27,560 nt of DNA from positions 1-27,560 of IMG/VR virus record IMGVR_UViG_3300034093_003590, one strand, 5' to 3'. Under the pieces are notes generated by a model, which was not told where the DNA came from, searched no databases, and was given only the letters and a program-made list of their open reading frames with translations. The translations under genes were made by a program, and so were the position numbers. Origin of the DNA: a virus (lineage: Duplodnaviria > Caudoviricetes). Each line of letters starts with the position of its first letter. The first letter of the stretch is position 1. Of the stretch, positions 26,478-27,560 are shown one piece after another.

Positions 26478-26768
26478 TTAATATTCTATTGGCATATTAC
26501 CTTTGTCTTTAAGACAATTTAAAGCAGTTACGGCTTTCATACCCATACCAAGTGGATCACTAGCAACCATTTTTGCCAATTCCTCCACACATTTAGCAGC
26601 ATCACCTGACACACATGCCATAGGTGGTTTAATACCAGCATCTTTACAACATTTAGCCAAATCATCCTTTGGATCACTTTCGGCTTCCTCTCTTAATACA
26701 ACCCCAACAATTCTTTTTAAATCACTTTCAGTAAGAGTAATGATTTTTCCATTTTTTTTAATTTTCAT
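26478..26768 (-). CDS. small Cys-rich protein with leader peptide
   Basis: 96 aa; MKIKKNGKIITLTESDLKRIVGVVLREE then a ~68-aa domain with 5 Cys. Confidence 0.75.
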   Translation of the reverse strand: MKIKKNGKIITLTESDLKRIVGVVLREEAESDPKDDLAKCCKDAGIKPPMACVSGDAAKCVEELAKMVASDPLGMGMKAVTALNCLKDKGNMPIEY

Positions 26769-26798
26769 TTTTATTTTTTTTAATTTTATTTATTATTA

Positions 26799-27560
26799 TT
26801 AGATATCGTCAAAACTTGCACCAGTGTTTGTGATATTAAATTCTATTGAGATGTACTCTAAAGATCTTGTTGGTTTAACAAAAATTCTACCATTCAACTC
26901 ATTTCTATCGATAGATTCTGGTGTATCATCCAACACTACTCTAAAGTCTGTTAAACCTCTTTCTTTTCTAATATTATCTAAGATTGGGTTAACTAAACTT
27001 AAGAATTGGTTTCTTACTACCTCATCATTTTGTTCAAATAACAATCTGATAGAAACTGCAGATATAAGTTTTCTTGCTTGTAACAATAATCTTCTAACGT
27101 TGATTCTGTTAAGTGCACTTTCTCTAACTTGAAGTGTTTTGTTACCAAATATTACAACACCTACATCTGAGAATGTTGCCATTGGATTAATTCTACCTTC
27201 ATATAAGTCATCTCTATCATCTAATTTAAGTTTAACTCTTGCTTTAACTGCGTTTGTTGTACCTCTATTTAAACCTGCTGCTGCGAACCAAGGGAACGCA
27301 ATGTTATCGGTAAGTGCGATGTTTCTCATAACCTCTACAGTTGGTGGTAACCAAACGTATCTGTTATTCTCCGTATCATTCATTTGAATCCAAGGCCAGT
27401 AAGTGGCAGAGTAGTTAGAATCTATTCCTGAGTCATCTACTAAGTCAACTGCCTCACTAGGTGTTAAAGCCACACCATCAACGTCAGTATCAGGTGTTGT
27501 CATAACATATAATGAATCCGCTCTATCAACTTCAACCATATCTACTGCATTTTCAATCAA
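26799..27560 (-). CDS. tail sheath protein (T4 gp18-like), C-terminal part; 5' end outside window
   Basis: YSATYWPWIQ, PWFAAAGLNRG, RDDLYEGRINPMATF, GNKTLQVRESALNRINVRRLLL, LLFEQND, IFVKPTRSLEYISIEF. Confidence 0.95.
   Translation of the reverse strand: MIENAVDMVEVDRADSLYVMTTPDTDVDGVALTPSEAVDLVDDSGIDSNYSATYWPWIQMNDTENNRYVWLPPTVEVMRNIALTDNIAFPWFAAAGLNRGTTNAVKARVKLKLDDRDDLYEGRINPMATFSDVGVVIFGNKTLQVRESALNRINVRRLLLQARKLISAVSIRLLFEQNDEVVRNQFLSLVNPILDNIRKERGLTDFRVVLDDTPESIDRNELNGRIFVKPTRSLEYISIEFNITNTGASFDDI

Noticed and set aside
1249-27387. All plus-strand ORFs in the track and the nested minus-strand 60-aa ORF at 4476-4658
   Set aside because: They overlap long coherent minus-strand genes; the plus-strand ones have S/L/F/I-rich antisense-shadow composition and no motifs or initiation signals
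1-27560. Stop-codon reassignment (no gene ends in TAG)
   Set aside because: Genes are intact and densely packed under the standard code, with no fragmentation at TAG or TGA; TAA bias fits the AT content
9520-27560. Bacterial contractile injection system (eCIS/tailocin/T6SS) rather than phage
   Set aside because: Adjacent gp32-like SSB and UvsX, phage-type late motifs and absence of host genes indicate a phage genome
1-27560. CRISPR arrays, tRNAs, introns/inteins, transposases
   Set aside because: No repeat-spacer periodicity, cloverleafs or splicing/transposase motifs seen by eye; intergenic gaps are short

Overview
AT-rich segment of a large T4-superfamily-like (contractile-tailed) bacteriophage, with every credible gene on the minus strand. 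In transcription order: tail sheath (partial), two inserted genes, tail tube, three large inserted genes, a gp26-like tail/baseplate assembly chaperone with an unlisted overlapping gp51-like mini-ORF (candidate programmed frameshift), another inserted gene, tape measure, tube-initiator-like baseplate protein, gp53/LysM-like wedge, a 1868-aa hub protein ending in a degenerate GH19-like domain, four small hypothetical genes, gp32-like SSB and RecA/UvsX (partial). Two promoter classes are visible: a conserved AATATTTATAT motif before six genes (putative late promoter) and TTRACT-N17-TATWWTTG elements (host-sigma-like). The latter, with A-rich Shine-Dalgarno-less starts, point to a Bacteroidota host (inference). 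The most notable pattern is that all six genes interrupting the tail module, plus one acidic gene, share a Lys-rich N-terminal leader with (L/I)-x-E sites resembling prohead-protease-cleaved capsid-targeting peptides. One leader recurs inside a 1173-aa protein. The attached cargoes include a HAD phosphatase, a PT-TG-like membrane hairpin protein and a bitopic Cys-rich protein, suggesting a modular virion-packaged effector system. All family calls come from motif recognition by eye; no searches were run.
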